A DNA stretch of 64,000 nucleotides from Polyangiales bacterium (GTDB taxonomy: Bacteria > Myxococcota_A > Polyangia > Polyangiales > Houyiibacteriaceae): contig DATIUW010000103.1 in NCBI GenBank assembly GCA_035466435.1, positions 11,594 through 75,593 of the forward strand, given 5' to 3'. Position 1 is the first letter of the stretch, and each line of letters starts with the position of its first letter. This document shows positions 9,725 to 19,151 of this stretch, piece by piece. A model generated the notes under the pieces. That model did not search any database. It was given only the letters and a program-made list of their open reading frames with translations, and was not told the DNA's origin. Position numbers and translations under genes: made by a program.

Positions 9725-10449
9725 TCAAGCTGATTTATCTGCTCTGGCCTCGGCGTCCGATGGAACGCGAGGAGCGTCGCATCACCTTGCTGGAAGGGTG
9801 TGCGCCCCAGTTGCTCGAGGCGGGCGCGCGGTATCTCACGATCCACATCGACGACGATCATGCCGACGTTCCTTCGCCTACCCCGACGACGAAGCTCACC
9901 GACCCGTTCGTTGCGGAGGTGAGCATGTGGCTCGACGATGCCCAAGCCCGAGGCGCGCTCGAGTCGGTGTTGCTCGATGCGGACTTCGACATCGCCGGCT
10001 ACCGGGTGATCGAGCATCTCTACACCGACTACGGTGGGAATCGTCACGGGAGGCCTCGAGATTGGCCCGATGGCGAACGTTCGCCCGGCATCGTCTCGGT
10101 GACTCCCTTGGAGCGTCCGGGACGTATCCCGAAGGATCGCTGGATGAAGCATTGGTTCAATCGCCAGGGCCCGATGTCCGAGGCCATGCAGCCGAGAAGC
10201 CGTTACGTCCGCAACGTAGTGGAGGAGGTGCTCACGCCCGGAGCGGTACCGTACGAGGGGATCGTCGAAGAATCCTGGCCGTCGGCGGAGCACATCACGA
10301 ATCCGTTCGTTTTCTATGGGGCGCGCAATCGGCTCGAGCTCATCAAGAACATGGCCGTCATGGCCAAGAGTGTCGCAGCCTTCCTTCCCATCTGGAAGAT
10401 CACCAGTGTCACCATGAGCGAATACTTCGTGCGGAGCCCTCACCGCTGA
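9721..10449 (+). CDS. EthD-like / hypothetical protein
   Basis: ATGA overlap with the upstream stop. The N-terminus MIKLIYLLWPRRPMEREE resembles EthD-type dimeric alpha/beta-barrel proteins. This is a weak call. Confidence 0.45.
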   Translation: MIKLIYLLWPRRPMEREERRITLLEGCAPQLLEAGARYLTIHIDDDHADVPSPTPTTKLTDPFVAEVSMWLDDAQARGALESVLLDADFDIAGYRVIEHLYTDYGGNRHGRPRDWPDGERSPGIVSVTPLERPGRIPKDRWMKHWFNRQGPMSEAMQPRSRYVRNVVEEVLTPGAVPYEGIVEESWPSAEHITNPFVFYGARNRLELIKNMAVMAKSVAAFLPIWKITSVTMSEYFVRSPHR

Positions 10450-10503
10450 CACGCGTTTTTCCGCTGGACGCGTTCCGCCTTTTTGGAGATTCTTCCACGC
10501 CCG

Positions 10504-11070
10504 ATGCATAACGACCGACGCAATTTTCTCAAGTTGTCCGCCGCAGGCGCCGTGGCGCTTTCCACGATGAGCGCTGGCGCGACGCTTTCCGGTTGCACCT
10601 CGAGCGCCCCCGCAACGGGCATGAAAGTTCTGCGGCCCGAGGACGTCGAGCTGTTGCGGGCTCTCATTCCGGCGGTGGTGAAGGGTAAGATCACGCCCAG
10701 CGACTCGGCGGCCATCGACGAAACCCTGCGATCGTTCGACACGCTCATGGACGATCTGTCGGATCTGGTCGTGGAGGGCGTTCAGCAGGCGTTCGACGTG
10801 CTGAGCTTTGGTCCCACTCGAGCGCTGACCACTGGGCAGTGGTCTTCCTGGTCGAAAGCCTCGCTCGAAGATGCCGAGAGCGCCCTCGCGCGGCTGCGCG
10901 ACAGCGGCATCGGCCTGCTCAACGCCATCTACGCTGCCATGATTCGGCTCATCATCAGCGCCTGGTATCTCGTTCCACAGAACGCTGCGACCGCCTCGTA
11001 TCCGGGGCCGCCGAAGAGGGTGGCGAGCAACACGGCTTCTGCAGAACCGAGCGAAGGAGTGACGCCGTGA
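10504..11070 (+). CDS. Tat-signal small subunit (gluconate 2-dehydrogenase subunit-3-like)
   Basis: Twin-arginine signal DRRNFLKLSAAGAVAL. Lies directly upstream of a GMC flavoprotein and overlaps it. Confidence 0.65.
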   Translation: MHNDRRNFLKLSAAGAVALSTMSAGATLSGCTSSAPATGMKVLRPEDVELLRALIPAVVKGKITPSDSAAIDETLRSFDTLMDDLSDLVVEGVQQAFDVLSFGPTRALTTGQWSSWSKASLEDAESALARLRDSGIGLLNAIYAAMIRLIISAWYLVPQNAATASYPGPPKRVASNTASAEPSEGVTP

Positions 11071-12686
11071 CGGACCTCTCGACGATCACGCTGGGCAACA
11101 GCAGCGATCCATACAAGAATGCTGCTGCTCGCGGCTGGAGCATCACCGATGCGAGCGCGCTCACGTCGCCGCTCGAGCTCGAGGCCGACGTCGTCATCGT
11201 AGGAACCGGCGCCGGCGGAGGCACGGCCGCCGAGACCCTGAGCGCCGCAGGCCTGAGCGTGGTGATCCTCGAAGCAGGACCCCTCAAGACATCGTCGAAG
11301 TTCGACATGCAAGAACGCGCGGCCTACCGAGACCTTTATCAAGAGGGAACGGGTCGCGGGACCAAAGACGGCGGCATGGTGATCCTCCAAGGGCGCTCGG
11401 TGGGAGGCTCGACCACCGTCAACTGGACGACGAGCTTTCGAACGCCACCGGAAACGTTGAAGTTCTGGGCAGAGCACATGGGCGTCAGTGGATGCTCGGT
11501 CGAAGAGATGGAGCCGTTCTTCAAACACATGGAGAATCGCCTGAACATCCACGAATGGCCGCAAGCGCCCAATCCGAACAACGCCATGCTCCAGCGGGCT
11601 GCCGAGAAGCTCGGGTACTCGTGGGCGAAGATTCGCCGCAACGTGCGTGGTTGCCTGAATCTCGGCTATTGCGGCCTCGGGTGCCCGGTCGACGCGAAGC
11701 AATCCATGCTCACCACGACCATTCCGGCCGCGTTGGACAACAAAGCCAAGCTGGTGCACCACGCGCGAGTCGTTCGCATCCTGCGCCAGGGAGACGCGGT
11801 CACCGGGGTGGAAGCGGAGGCCCTCAGTCCAAACGTGAGGGGCACGACCGGGCAACGGATCTCGGTTCGCGCCACGAAGACCGTGTTGGCGGGAGGCGCG
11901 ATCAACACGCCCGCCATTTTGCTTCGTTCCGGTGTGCCCGATCCCCACGGCCGTATCGGCAAGAGGACGTTCCTGCACCCGACGACGCTGACGATGGCGA
12001 TCTACGACGAAGCGATCGATCCATTTTATGGTGCGCCTCAGTCGATTTACTCCGATCATTTCCAATGGCAGAGCGTTCACACCGGGCCGGTCAACTTCAA
12101 ATTGGAGGTGCCCCCGCTTCAGCCAGCGTTCACTGCGGGGTTCTATGCTGCCGCGGGTGAGGAGCTCACTCGAAGCATGGACCAGCTCAACCGGACCCAG
12201 TGCATGATCGCGCTTCTCCGGGATGGCTTTCACGAGCGGAGCCAGGGTGGGACCGTGGAGATCGACGACCGAGGTCGACCGCTCCTCGATTACCCTCTCG
12301 ACGAGTACCTGCTCGAAGGGGTGAAGCGCGCCTGGGGCATCATGACGGAAATGCAGTTCGCCACCGGCGCCAAGTCCGTACGTCCCGCGCACAAGCAAGC
12401 AAGGCACTACGCGTCGTGGAAAGAAGCCCAAGAAGCGATGGCTGCGCTCGATGTGGCGCCTCACAAGGCTACCGTGGGCAGCGCACACGTCATGGGCGGC
12501 TGTGCGATGGGAGACGATGAAACGCGAAGCGTGACGGATTGCGACGGAAAATTCCGTCACTTGGACGACCTCTACGTGATGGACGGCTCGTTGTTCCCGA
12601 CCAGCATCGGGGCGAATCCTCAGCTTTCCATCTACGGCCTCGTCTACAAGCTATCTAGCAAGCTCGCCAACGGGTTCCGAGCCTGA
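11067..12686 (+). CDS. GMC-family FAD oxidoreductase
   Basis: GTG start in a GTGA overlap with the upstream stop. DVVIVGTGAGGGTAAETLSAAGLSVVILEAGP at the N-terminus and HVMGGCAMG near the C-terminus. Confidence 0.85.
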   Translation: MTDLSTITLGNSSDPYKNAAARGWSITDASALTSPLELEADVVIVGTGAGGGTAAETLSAAGLSVVILEAGPLKTSSKFDMQERAAYRDLYQEGTGRGTKDGGMVILQGRSVGGSTTVNWTTSFRTPPETLKFWAEHMGVSGCSVEEMEPFFKHMENRLNIHEWPQAPNPNNAMLQRAAEKLGYSWAKIRRNVRGCLNLGYCGLGCPVDAKQSMLTTTIPAALDNKAKLVHHARVVRILRQGDAVTGVEAEALSPNVRGTTGQRISVRATKTVLAGGAINTPAILLRSGVPDPHGRIGKRTFLHPTTLTMAIYDEAIDPFYGAPQSIYSDHFQWQSVHTGPVNFKLEVPPLQPAFTAGFYAAAGEELTRSMDQLNRTQCMIALLRDGFHERSQGGTVEIDDRGRPLLDYPLDEYLLEGVKRAWGIMTEMQFATGAKSVRPAHKQARHYASWKEAQEAMAALDVAPHKATVGSAHVMGGCAMGDDETRSVTDCDGKFRHLDDLYVMDGSLFPTSIGANPQLSIYGLVYKLSSKLANGFRA

Positions 12687-13733
12687 AGCCGGCGTTCCGA
12701 TCTCCGCGAGAAACGCGAGCAGGGCTTCGTTCACGGGGATGGGTCGTTCCTGGTGTGCGAAATGGCCCGCTCCTCGGATGATCTCGATGCCTCGAAGCTG
12801 CGGAACGCGGTCGGGCATGGTGGCCAAGGATTTGGAGGTGATGAGCTGAAGAACGGGGTCCTTCTCCCCGCATAAGAAGAGAGCGGGACGATGGATTTTC
12901 GCTCGGCCGTATTTTGGATCGAATTCCCAGTTCAGGTCCATTGCCCGATAGGAGTTGAGACCGCCGATGAACGCTGTCTCGGGCCCGGTCCGCATGTACT
13001 CGGCGACCAGATAGTCGAGGTCCTCGTGGCTGAGCCACGGCCAAGGCATGGGCTCGCTCGGGTCGGCGAGCACGTCGAGGTAGCCGGTGCCTTCGGAAGG
13101 AAAGCGCTTGAAGTCGAGTAGATTTCCTCTAGCGCTCAGCGCCCAGTAGATGCGCTCGAGAAACAGACGGGGATTCGCTCCCAGCTCGGCTTCTGCGAGG
13201 CCCACCTGCTGAAAATAGTGCAGATGGAGAAAGTGGCGCTCCGCAATGGACGCGTACGTTTCGCTGGGTTTCCGGCCGCGCGAGCGTGCAGCTTCGGGCT
13301 CCGTCCTCGTCCTCGCGCCCCCTCGATCGTCCCGCGCGAAGCCGACCCCATAAGGAACGGCAATCGACACGACGCCGCGAACGCGACTGGGCGCGTGTAG
13401 CGCGGCAGCCCAAGCAGCTTGCGCCCCGAAATCGTGCCCAACCACCACCGCCTGTTCCTCGCCCAGTGCGTCGAGAACGCCCATCAAGTCGGCCACGATC
13501 GTCTGGTTCCCGTAGGCGCTTGCCTCCAAAGGTCGATCGGTCCTGCCGTAGCCCCGCATGTCCACGGCGATGGCGCGAAACCCCGCGGCGGCGATGGCCG
13601 GAAGCTGATGTCGCCAAGAGGACCAGAGCCCGGGGAACCCGTGGCACAGAAGCACGGCAGGGCCTTCGCCTGCAAGGACCGCGTGCATGCGAATGCCGTT
13701 CGTCTCGAGCTCGACGTGCTCTGCGTCTTTCAT
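12651..13733 (-). CDS. Alpha/beta hydrolase, epoxide-hydrolase-like
   Basis: Start reset to MKDAEHVELETNGIRMH. LLCHGFPGLWSSWRHQ (HGxP plus the WR motif of epoxide hydrolases) and VVGHDFGA nucleophile elbow. Confidence 0.8.
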   Translation of the reverse strand: MKDAEHVELETNGIRMHAVLAGEGPAVLLCHGFPGLWSSWRHQLPAIAAAGFRAIAVDMRGYGRTDRPLEASAYGNQTIVADLMGVLDALGEEQAVVVGHDFGAQAAWAAALHAPSRVRGVVSIAVPYGVGFARDDRGGARTRTEPEAARSRGRKPSETYASIAERHFLHLHYFQQVGLAEAELGANPRLFLERIYWALSARGNLLDFKRFPSEGTGYLDVLADPSEPMPWPWLSHEDLDYLVAEYMRTGPETAFIGGLNSYRAMDLNWEFDPKYGRAKIHRPALFLCGEKDPVLQLITSKSLATMPDRVPQLRGIEIIRGAGHFAHQERPIPVNEALLAFLAEIGTPASGSEPVGELAR

Positions 13734-13779
13734 GAAGATCGCTCGACCAGCGACCCTGGCGGGCCTTGGATGAAGAGAG

Positions 13780-14781
13780 CTACGGCTTGGAGGCTTCGGC
13801 CACCGCCTCGACCAAGCTCTTCGAGAACATTCGGCCGGTGAGGTTGTCGCGCACCTTCTTGTCCGTGGCATCCCATTCGGATTTTGCGTCGCCGGCTTCG
13901 ACTGGGACGATGCCCTTCTTCACGACGACCTCGTATGCCTTCTGGTCGTCCTTTCGGATCGTCTTGTTGAGTAGCTCGTGCGCACGATCAGCCGTGCTTT
14001 GAAATACCTCTTGAAGCTCGGGGGGAAGCTCGTCGAACTTGTCCTTGCGCATCATCGTGCCACCGGCGATGATCGCCGAGTTGTGTGCGGTCATGTAGTT
14101 GACCCGCGTGTACCACTGCAACGCGACCGCGGTGAGAGCGGATGACGAGATTACGTCTACCATTCGCGTTTGGAGCGCTGGGTAGACTTCGGGTACGCCC
14201 AGCCTGACCGCGCTCGCGCCGATGACTTGATAGAATTCGATGAAGATCGGATCGTCTTTCCATACCCATGGGCGCATCGACTTGATGTCGGACGGCGACT
14301 TGATCGGCTGCACGGAGAAAAGCCGGGTCTTGCCTGCGTCGCCCCAGCCGACGAGCTTGAAGCCTTCCTGCTCGAACATTCCTTCGAACTTGTCGGCCAT
14401 CCTCTCTCTCACGCGGTCGAGCTCTTCGTAGGTGTCGAGGAAGCCTGGCAACACGAGCACGTTCATGGCCGGGACGAGCATGCTCATGCCGGTCATGGTG
14501 ATCACACCTCCGTCGAGCTGCCCCACGCGCATCTTGCGAACGAAGTCCCGCTCGTCGCCTTGGGAGCCGCCGGGATAGAAGCGCATCTTGAGCTTCCCGT
14601 TGGTCTTCTCCTGCAGCGTGGTGTTCCACGCGTTGAGGACCTTCATCCACGAGGAGCCCGCCGGCGCGAGGGAGGCTATCCGGAGGGTGTAAGTCTCTTC
14701 GGCTTTGGTGGTCGTGGTGGTGCCTGGAATCGCGATTGCCGCAACCAGGAGTAGCAACATTGGTACAAAACGACGATACAT
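13780..14781 (-). CDS. TRAP-type solute-binding protein (DctP family), orphan
   Basis: Start reset to MYRRFVPMLLLL signal peptide. DctP-like LRIASLAPAGSSW...FYPGGSQGDE. No dctQ or dctM in the window. Confidence 0.75.
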   Translation of the reverse strand: MYRRFVPMLLLLVAAIAIPGTTTTTKAEETYTLRIASLAPAGSSWMKVLNAWNTTLQEKTNGKLKMRFYPGGSQGDERDFVRKMRVGQLDGGVITMTGMSMLVPAMNVLVLPGFLDTYEELDRVRERMADKFEGMFEQEGFKLVGWGDAGKTRLFSVQPIKSPSDIKSMRPWVWKDDPIFIEFYQVIGASAVRLGVPEVYPALQTRMVDVISSSALTAVALQWYTRVNYMTAHNSAIIAGGTMMRKDKFDELPPELQEVFQSTADRAHELLNKTIRKDDQKAYEVVVKKGIVPVEAGDAKSEWDATDKKVRDNLTGRMFSKSLVEAVAEASKP

Positions 14782-14891
14782 TCTCAACACCTTTCCGTCG
14801 TGGCAGCCGAGATTCACAGGGAACCACCTCCCCGTCAATATGAAGGATCGGCTTTTTCGAGTATTCGCGATGCTTCGCTCTCGCATAGCTC

Positions 14892-14927
14892 GACGAGGCG
14901 GCCGGGGTTTTTACTCACCGCCTCGTC
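14892..14927. promoter_or_regulatory. Perfect 10-bp inverted repeat in the divergent intergenic region
   Basis: GACGAGGCGG at 14892-14901 pairs with CCGCCTCGTC at 14918-14927, separated by a 16-nt spacer containing TTTTT. Confidence 0.3.
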
Positions 14928-15077
14928 CAGCCGGAATCCCACGATGACCTTTCCGGCGTAGCTCGGAATGCTCCAACCCACGCCCAGGCGCGCCGGATGA
15001 GGCACCCACAGCCGAGCCGCCGCTCGGGATCTCACGAGCCTTCGGTCGATCGTGAGGTGTGCTATCAGCTCGATCCG

Positions 15078-15425
15078 ATGGCTCGAGGGGTCATAGAGAA
15101 TCGCGAGAGCACGGCGCGTGACCATCTCGCCAACGAGCGAACGTTCTTGGCGTGGGTTCGGACATCCCTCGGCTTGGCGGGTCTCGGCGTTCTTCTGGAA
15201 AGGCTCGCGGCAGGAGGGGAGGGCACGATTGCCGTGGCCGCCGGCGTGGGATTCATCAGCTTCGGCGGTCTGTCCCTACTCTACGCGGTGAGTCGCTATT
15301 TGTGGGTCGCCAAGAATCTCGAACAAGGGAAGTTCCCGGTGGCCCGACGGGGCCCGATCGTCGTTGCGTTTGGTGCTCTGCTCGTCGTCGGAGGAGCGAT
15401 TCTCTACGTGCTCTTGTTGAGCTGA
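15078..15425 (+). CDS. DUF202 (YidH-like) membrane protein
   Basis: RDHLANERTFLAWVRTSLGL signature followed by three hydrophobic helices. Confidence 0.65.
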   Translation: MARGVIENRESTARDHLANERTFLAWVRTSLGLAGLGVLLERLAAGGEGTIAVAAGVGFISFGGLSLLYAVSRYLWVAKNLEQGKFPVARRGPIVVAFGALLVVGGAILYVLLLS

Positions 15426-15433
15426 GCTCTTCG

Positions 15434-15970
15434 TTAGAAGTGCGCCTCGGTGCCACACTTCGGCATCTCGCGCCCCATGTAGGGGTTCGAAACCCCTTCC
15501 TCGTGCTGCACCCATTTCTTGTAGCCTTCCGCCATCGGGCACTCGTACACGTGCAGACCTTCCTGCAGGCTGGGGGCTGCCGATAGCAGCGAGACGATCG
15601 CCCGACTGATCTCGCCGAATGCCCCGCGGGCTTCACTCAAATCGTCGGTCTCGAGCGTTCCCAAGCGTTGCGCAGCCGCCGAAAGCTCCTCCAGCGGGCC
15701 GCGAAGCGACGCGGGAGCGGTCGTCGCGGCAGCCTTGGCCGCTCCGGCGAGCTCTAGCGCCTCCGCCGTCACGTCCGCATCGTCCTCGGTGAGCGCTTTG
15801 CTGATCTTCTCGTAGGCGGACAGGGCCTCGTCGATGCTCGCGTGGGTGGCCGAGGGGATCGGCGGATGGCCCTCCGCGCCCTTCTGTTCGCTCTTCGAGC
15901 AACCCAAAGACGCGCTCAGCAGGACGGTCACCGCCGAGGCGAGCCATACGATTCGTTTTCCATGCATCAT
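15434..15970 (-). CDS. DUF3347-like metal-binding lipoprotein
   Basis: Lipobox SASLGC. C-terminal YECPMAEGYKKWVQHEEGVSNPYMGREMPKCG is the pattern I associate with DUF3347 proteins next to metal efflux pumps. Confidence 0.65.
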   Translation of the reverse strand: MMHGKRIVWLASAVTVLLSASLGCSKSEQKGAEGHPPIPSATHASIDEALSAYEKISKALTEDDADVTAEALELAGAAKAAATTAPASLRGPLEELSAAAQRLGTLETDDLSEARGAFGEISRAIVSLLSAAPSLQEGLHVYECPMAEGYKKWVQHEEGVSNPYMGREMPKCGTEAHF

Positions 15971-15989
15971 CTATCGTCTCCTTTCTACT

Positions 15990-18900
15990 CTAACTCGATG
16001 GCTGTGCGGCGAGGGATCGGCCCTTCCACACGAAGAAAATGGCCGGATACACGGTGAGCTCCAGCAGGAAAGACGTTCCGAGGCCGCCCACCATGGGGGC
16101 GGCAATGCGTTTCATGACGTCAGCTCCCGTGCCGGTGCTCCAGAGGATCGGCAAGAGGGCGATCGTCGTGGTCATCACGGTCATGAGCTTGGGACGAATC
16201 CGCCGCGCGGCGCCATCCACGATGGCTTCGGTCAGGTCTTCGGGATTCCGGAGCTTGCCCTGCTCTTTCGCCTTTCGGTGGGCAAGCGTCAGGTAGAGGA
16301 GCATCACGACGCCGGTTTCCGCGTCCAGCCCCGCCAGTGCGATCAAGCCCACCCAAACGGCAACGCTCATGTTGTAGTCCAAGAGGAACAGGAGCCATAT
16401 CGCACCGATGAGGGAAAACGGAACGGCAAGCATCACGATGGCCGTTTCGATCCACGATTTCGTGTTCCAGTAGAGGAGCATCATCACCAGGAACAGAGTG
16501 ACGGGAACGACCAACTCGAGCCTTTCTTTGGCTCGCTCCAGATATTGGAACTGGCCGGCCCATGCGAGCCATACGCCCGAGGGCAAATCCACTTCGTCGG
16601 CAACTACCTGCTTGGCGTCCCGCACGTATTCCGCAATGGCGCGGTCCGTGTCGACGAACACGAATCCGACCAACTTGCCGTCCTCGCTCCGGACCATGGG
16701 TGGCCCGGTCACGAACTCGATGTCAGCCACCTGGCTGATTGGGACCTGGGCTCCGGTTTTCGTGGTGATCAGGATGTCGCCGAGCAGCGAAGGATCGTCC
16801 CGGTATTCTCGGGCATAGCGCACACTGATGGGATAGCGCTCTCGCCCTTCTACCGTCTCGGAGACGGTCATGCCTCCGAGTGCGGTCATGATCACCTCGT
16901 TGACGTCCGCTACGCGTACTCCGTGGCGGGCCGCTTCGTCTCGGTCGATGTCGAAGTCGACGTAGAATCCGCCGGTGGAGCGTTCTGCAAAAGCGCTGCG
17001 CGTTCCGGGGATCTTCGAAACGGCTGCTTCGATTTGGAGGGCCGTGCGCTCGATCGTTTCGAGGTCGTCGCCGAAAACCTGAATGCCGAGAGGGCTTCGG
17101 ATCCCGGTCGCGAGCATCTCGGTTCGAGTCTGGACCGGCATCCAGAAGATGTTGGGCATACCGGGATAGCGGAGCTTTTGGTCCATCTCCTCGATCAGCT
17201 CCTGCCATGTCAGCCCGGCTCTCCACTCCGACCGGGGTTTGAGCACGATCGTCGTTTCCAACATGCCGATGGGTGCAGGATCGGTGGCCGTCTGCGCTCT
17301 TCCGGCCTTGCCGAAGACGGAGACTACCTCGGGAAACGCCTTCAGCTCGCGATCCATGGCCTGAAGGACGTTGGCAGCTTCGGTCACCGACATGCCGGGT
17401 GGGGCGGTCGGCATGTACAAGATGGTGCCCTCGTTCAACGGCGGCATGAATTCGCTCTCGAGTCGTAAGAAGATCGGAATGGTCGCCGCCATCGCCACGA
17501 TGGCGACCGCGATGACGGCCCATCGGTGTGCGACCACGAACCGAACCACGGGCACGTAGCTCGCGACGATCCACCGATTGATTGGGTTTTCATCCTCACG
17601 CCGGATCTTTCCGCGAATCATCAGCACGGCCAGAGCCGGTATCAGCGTCACCGATAGGATGGCAGCGAAGCCCATCGAGTACGTCTTGGTGAACGCGAGC
17701 GGCTTGAAAAGCCGGCCCTCGGCGCTCTCTAGCGTGAACACCGGCAAGAAAGACACCGTGATCACCAACAGGGAGAAGAAGATCGAAGGCCCCACCTCCT
17801 GCATCCCCGCCACGATGGTTTCGAGCCGCGACCCAGGGCCACCTTCCGCATCCCAGTGCTCTAGCTTCTTGTGGATGTTCTCGATCACGATGACGGAGGC
17901 ATCGACCATGGCGCCAATCGCGACTGCAATTCCTCCGAGGGACATGATGTTCACCGTCAGCTCTTGGTAGAACATCGGGATGAACGAGAGAATCACGGCC
18001 AATGGCAGGGTGATGATGGGAACGAGCGCGCTCCTAGCGTGCATCAGGAACAAGAAGATGATGACGCTCACCACGATCATCTCTTCGATCAGCGTGTGAC
18101 GAAGTGTGTCGATCGCCCGTTTGATGAGATCGGATCGGTCATAGGTGATGACCAGCTCCACACCGTCGGGAAGGCTGCTCTTCAAGTCTTCGATCTTTTG
18201 CTTGACCGCATCGATGACGGACAGCGCGTTCTCGCCGTACCGCATGATGACGATGCCGCCAACCACCTCTCCGCGTCCGTCGAGCTCGGCGATTCCCCGG
18301 CGCATGGCAGGACCGGTGCTGACGACCGCCACGTCCTGAACCAGGACCGGCGTCCCGCCTTCACCGAGCTTGAGCGGAATCTTGCGAAGGTCGTCCAAGC
18401 TTTGGATGTAGCCGCGGCCTCGTATGATTTGCTCGTGGCCCGCAATCTCGATGGTGCGACCCCCAGCGTCCTCGTTCGATTCACGGACGGCGCGAACCAC
18501 CTCGCCGATCCCGATGCCGTACCCCCGTAGACGGACCGGGTCGATCTGAATCTGATACTCCTTCACGAATCCGCCGACCGATGCCACTTCGGCCACCCCC
18601 GGAACACTCTCGAGCGCGTAGCGAAGGCTCCAATCCTGAAAAGAGCGAAGCTCCTGCAGGTCGTGGTTTCCGGTCTCGTCGACGAGGGCGTACTGGAACA
18701 CCCATCCTACTCCAGTGGCATCCGGACCCAGGGTAGGGCGAGTCCCTTGCGGAAGCTCTGGGAGGGCCGAGTTCAGATACTCGAGCACACGGCTTCGCGC
18801 CCAGTACATGTCCGTGCCGTCTTCGAAGATGACCGACACGAACGAGAGACCGAAAAACGACTGTCCGCGCACGTACTTCACCCGAGGCGCCGCCAAAAGG

Positions 18901-19151
18901 AACGTGGAGATCGGGTAGGTAATTTGATCTTCCACCAGGTCGGGGCTTCTGCCCTGCCATTCGGTGAATACGATGACCTGGGTATCCGAAAGATCCGGGA
19001 TTGCGTCGAGCGGCGCGTTTCGAAGCGAATAGTAGCCCCACACTGCTGCGGTGAGCGCGAAGAGAAGCGTCATGAAAGGGCGGCGGGCGCTTCCCTCGAT
19101 CACCCGGGCAACGAGTGTGTTCTCGGAGCCCTCTTCTTCAGTGGGAGTCAT
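15990..19151 (-). CDS. cusA: Heavy-metal efflux RND permease (CusA/CzcA family)
   Basis: 1053 aa with the 12-TM RND architecture. The N-terminus VIEGSARRPFMTLLFALTAAVWGYYSL and overall blocks are typical of the HME-RND family. Confidence 0.93.
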   Translation of the reverse strand: MTPTEEEGSENTLVARVIEGSARRPFMTLLFALTAAVWGYYSLRNAPLDAIPDLSDTQVIVFTEWQGRSPDLVEDQITYPISTFLLAAPRVKYVRGQSFFGLSFVSVIFEDGTDMYWARSRVLEYLNSALPELPQGTRPTLGPDATGVGWVFQYALVDETGNHDLQELRSFQDWSLRYALESVPGVAEVASVGGFVKEYQIQIDPVRLRGYGIGIGEVVRAVRESNEDAGGRTIEIAGHEQIIRGRGYIQSLDDLRKIPLKLGEGGTPVLVQDVAVVSTGPAMRRGIAELDGRGEVVGGIVIMRYGENALSVIDAVKQKIEDLKSSLPDGVELVITYDRSDLIKRAIDTLRHTLIEEMIVVSVIIFLFLMHARSALVPIITLPLAVILSFIPMFYQELTVNIMSLGGIAVAIGAMVDASVIVIENIHKKLEHWDAEGGPGSRLETIVAGMQEVGPSIFFSLLVITVSFLPVFTLESAEGRLFKPLAFTKTYSMGFAAILSVTLIPALAVLMIRGKIRREDENPINRWIVASYVPVVRFVVAHRWAVIAVAIVAMAATIPIFLRLESEFMPPLNEGTILYMPTAPPGMSVTEAANVLQAMDRELKAFPEVVSVFGKAGRAQTATDPAPIGMLETTIVLKPRSEWRAGLTWQELIEEMDQKLRYPGMPNIFWMPVQTRTEMLATGIRSPLGIQVFGDDLETIERTALQIEAAVSKIPGTRSAFAERSTGGFYVDFDIDRDEAARHGVRVADVNEVIMTALGGMTVSETVEGRERYPISVRYAREYRDDPSLLGDILITTKTGAQVPISQVADIEFVTGPPMVRSEDGKLVGFVFVDTDRAIAEYVRDAKQVVADEVDLPSGVWLAWAGQFQYLERAKERLELVVPVTLFLVMMLLYWNTKSWIETAIVMLAVPFSLIGAIWLLFLLDYNMSVAVWVGLIALAGLDAETGVVMLLYLTLAHRKAKEQGKLRNPEDLTEAIVDGAARRIRPKLMTVMTTTIALLPILWSTGTGADVMKRIAAPMVGGLGTSFLLELTVYPAIFFVWKGRSLAAQPSS

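Noticed and set aside
10839-11066. The 5' extension of the GMC oxidoreductase ORF. Similar N-terminal extensions precede the ORFs ending at 13871, 14886, 24504, 27810, 30380, 30987, 38762, 48785 and 53313.
   Set aside because: The extensions overlap upstream genes or are Arg-rich with no homology. In each case an internal start codon gives the canonical family N-terminus, often with a GGAGG-type RBS or an ATGA/GTGA coupling overlap.
8633-12686. Calling the 3beta-HSD, EthD-like and GMC operon a sterol biosynthesis or degradation operon outright.
   Set aside because: No cyclase, demethylase, Rieske oxygenase or CoA-ligase genes are present, and each family also has abundant non-steroid members. 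It is retained only as a hedged hypothesis.
14835-15125. A 96-aa minus-strand ORF in the dctP/DUF202 gap, considered as a possible small gene.
   Set aside because: No recognisable motif and no evident RBS. It would overlap the DUF202 start divergently by 48 nt. It is kept only as a note inside a finding.
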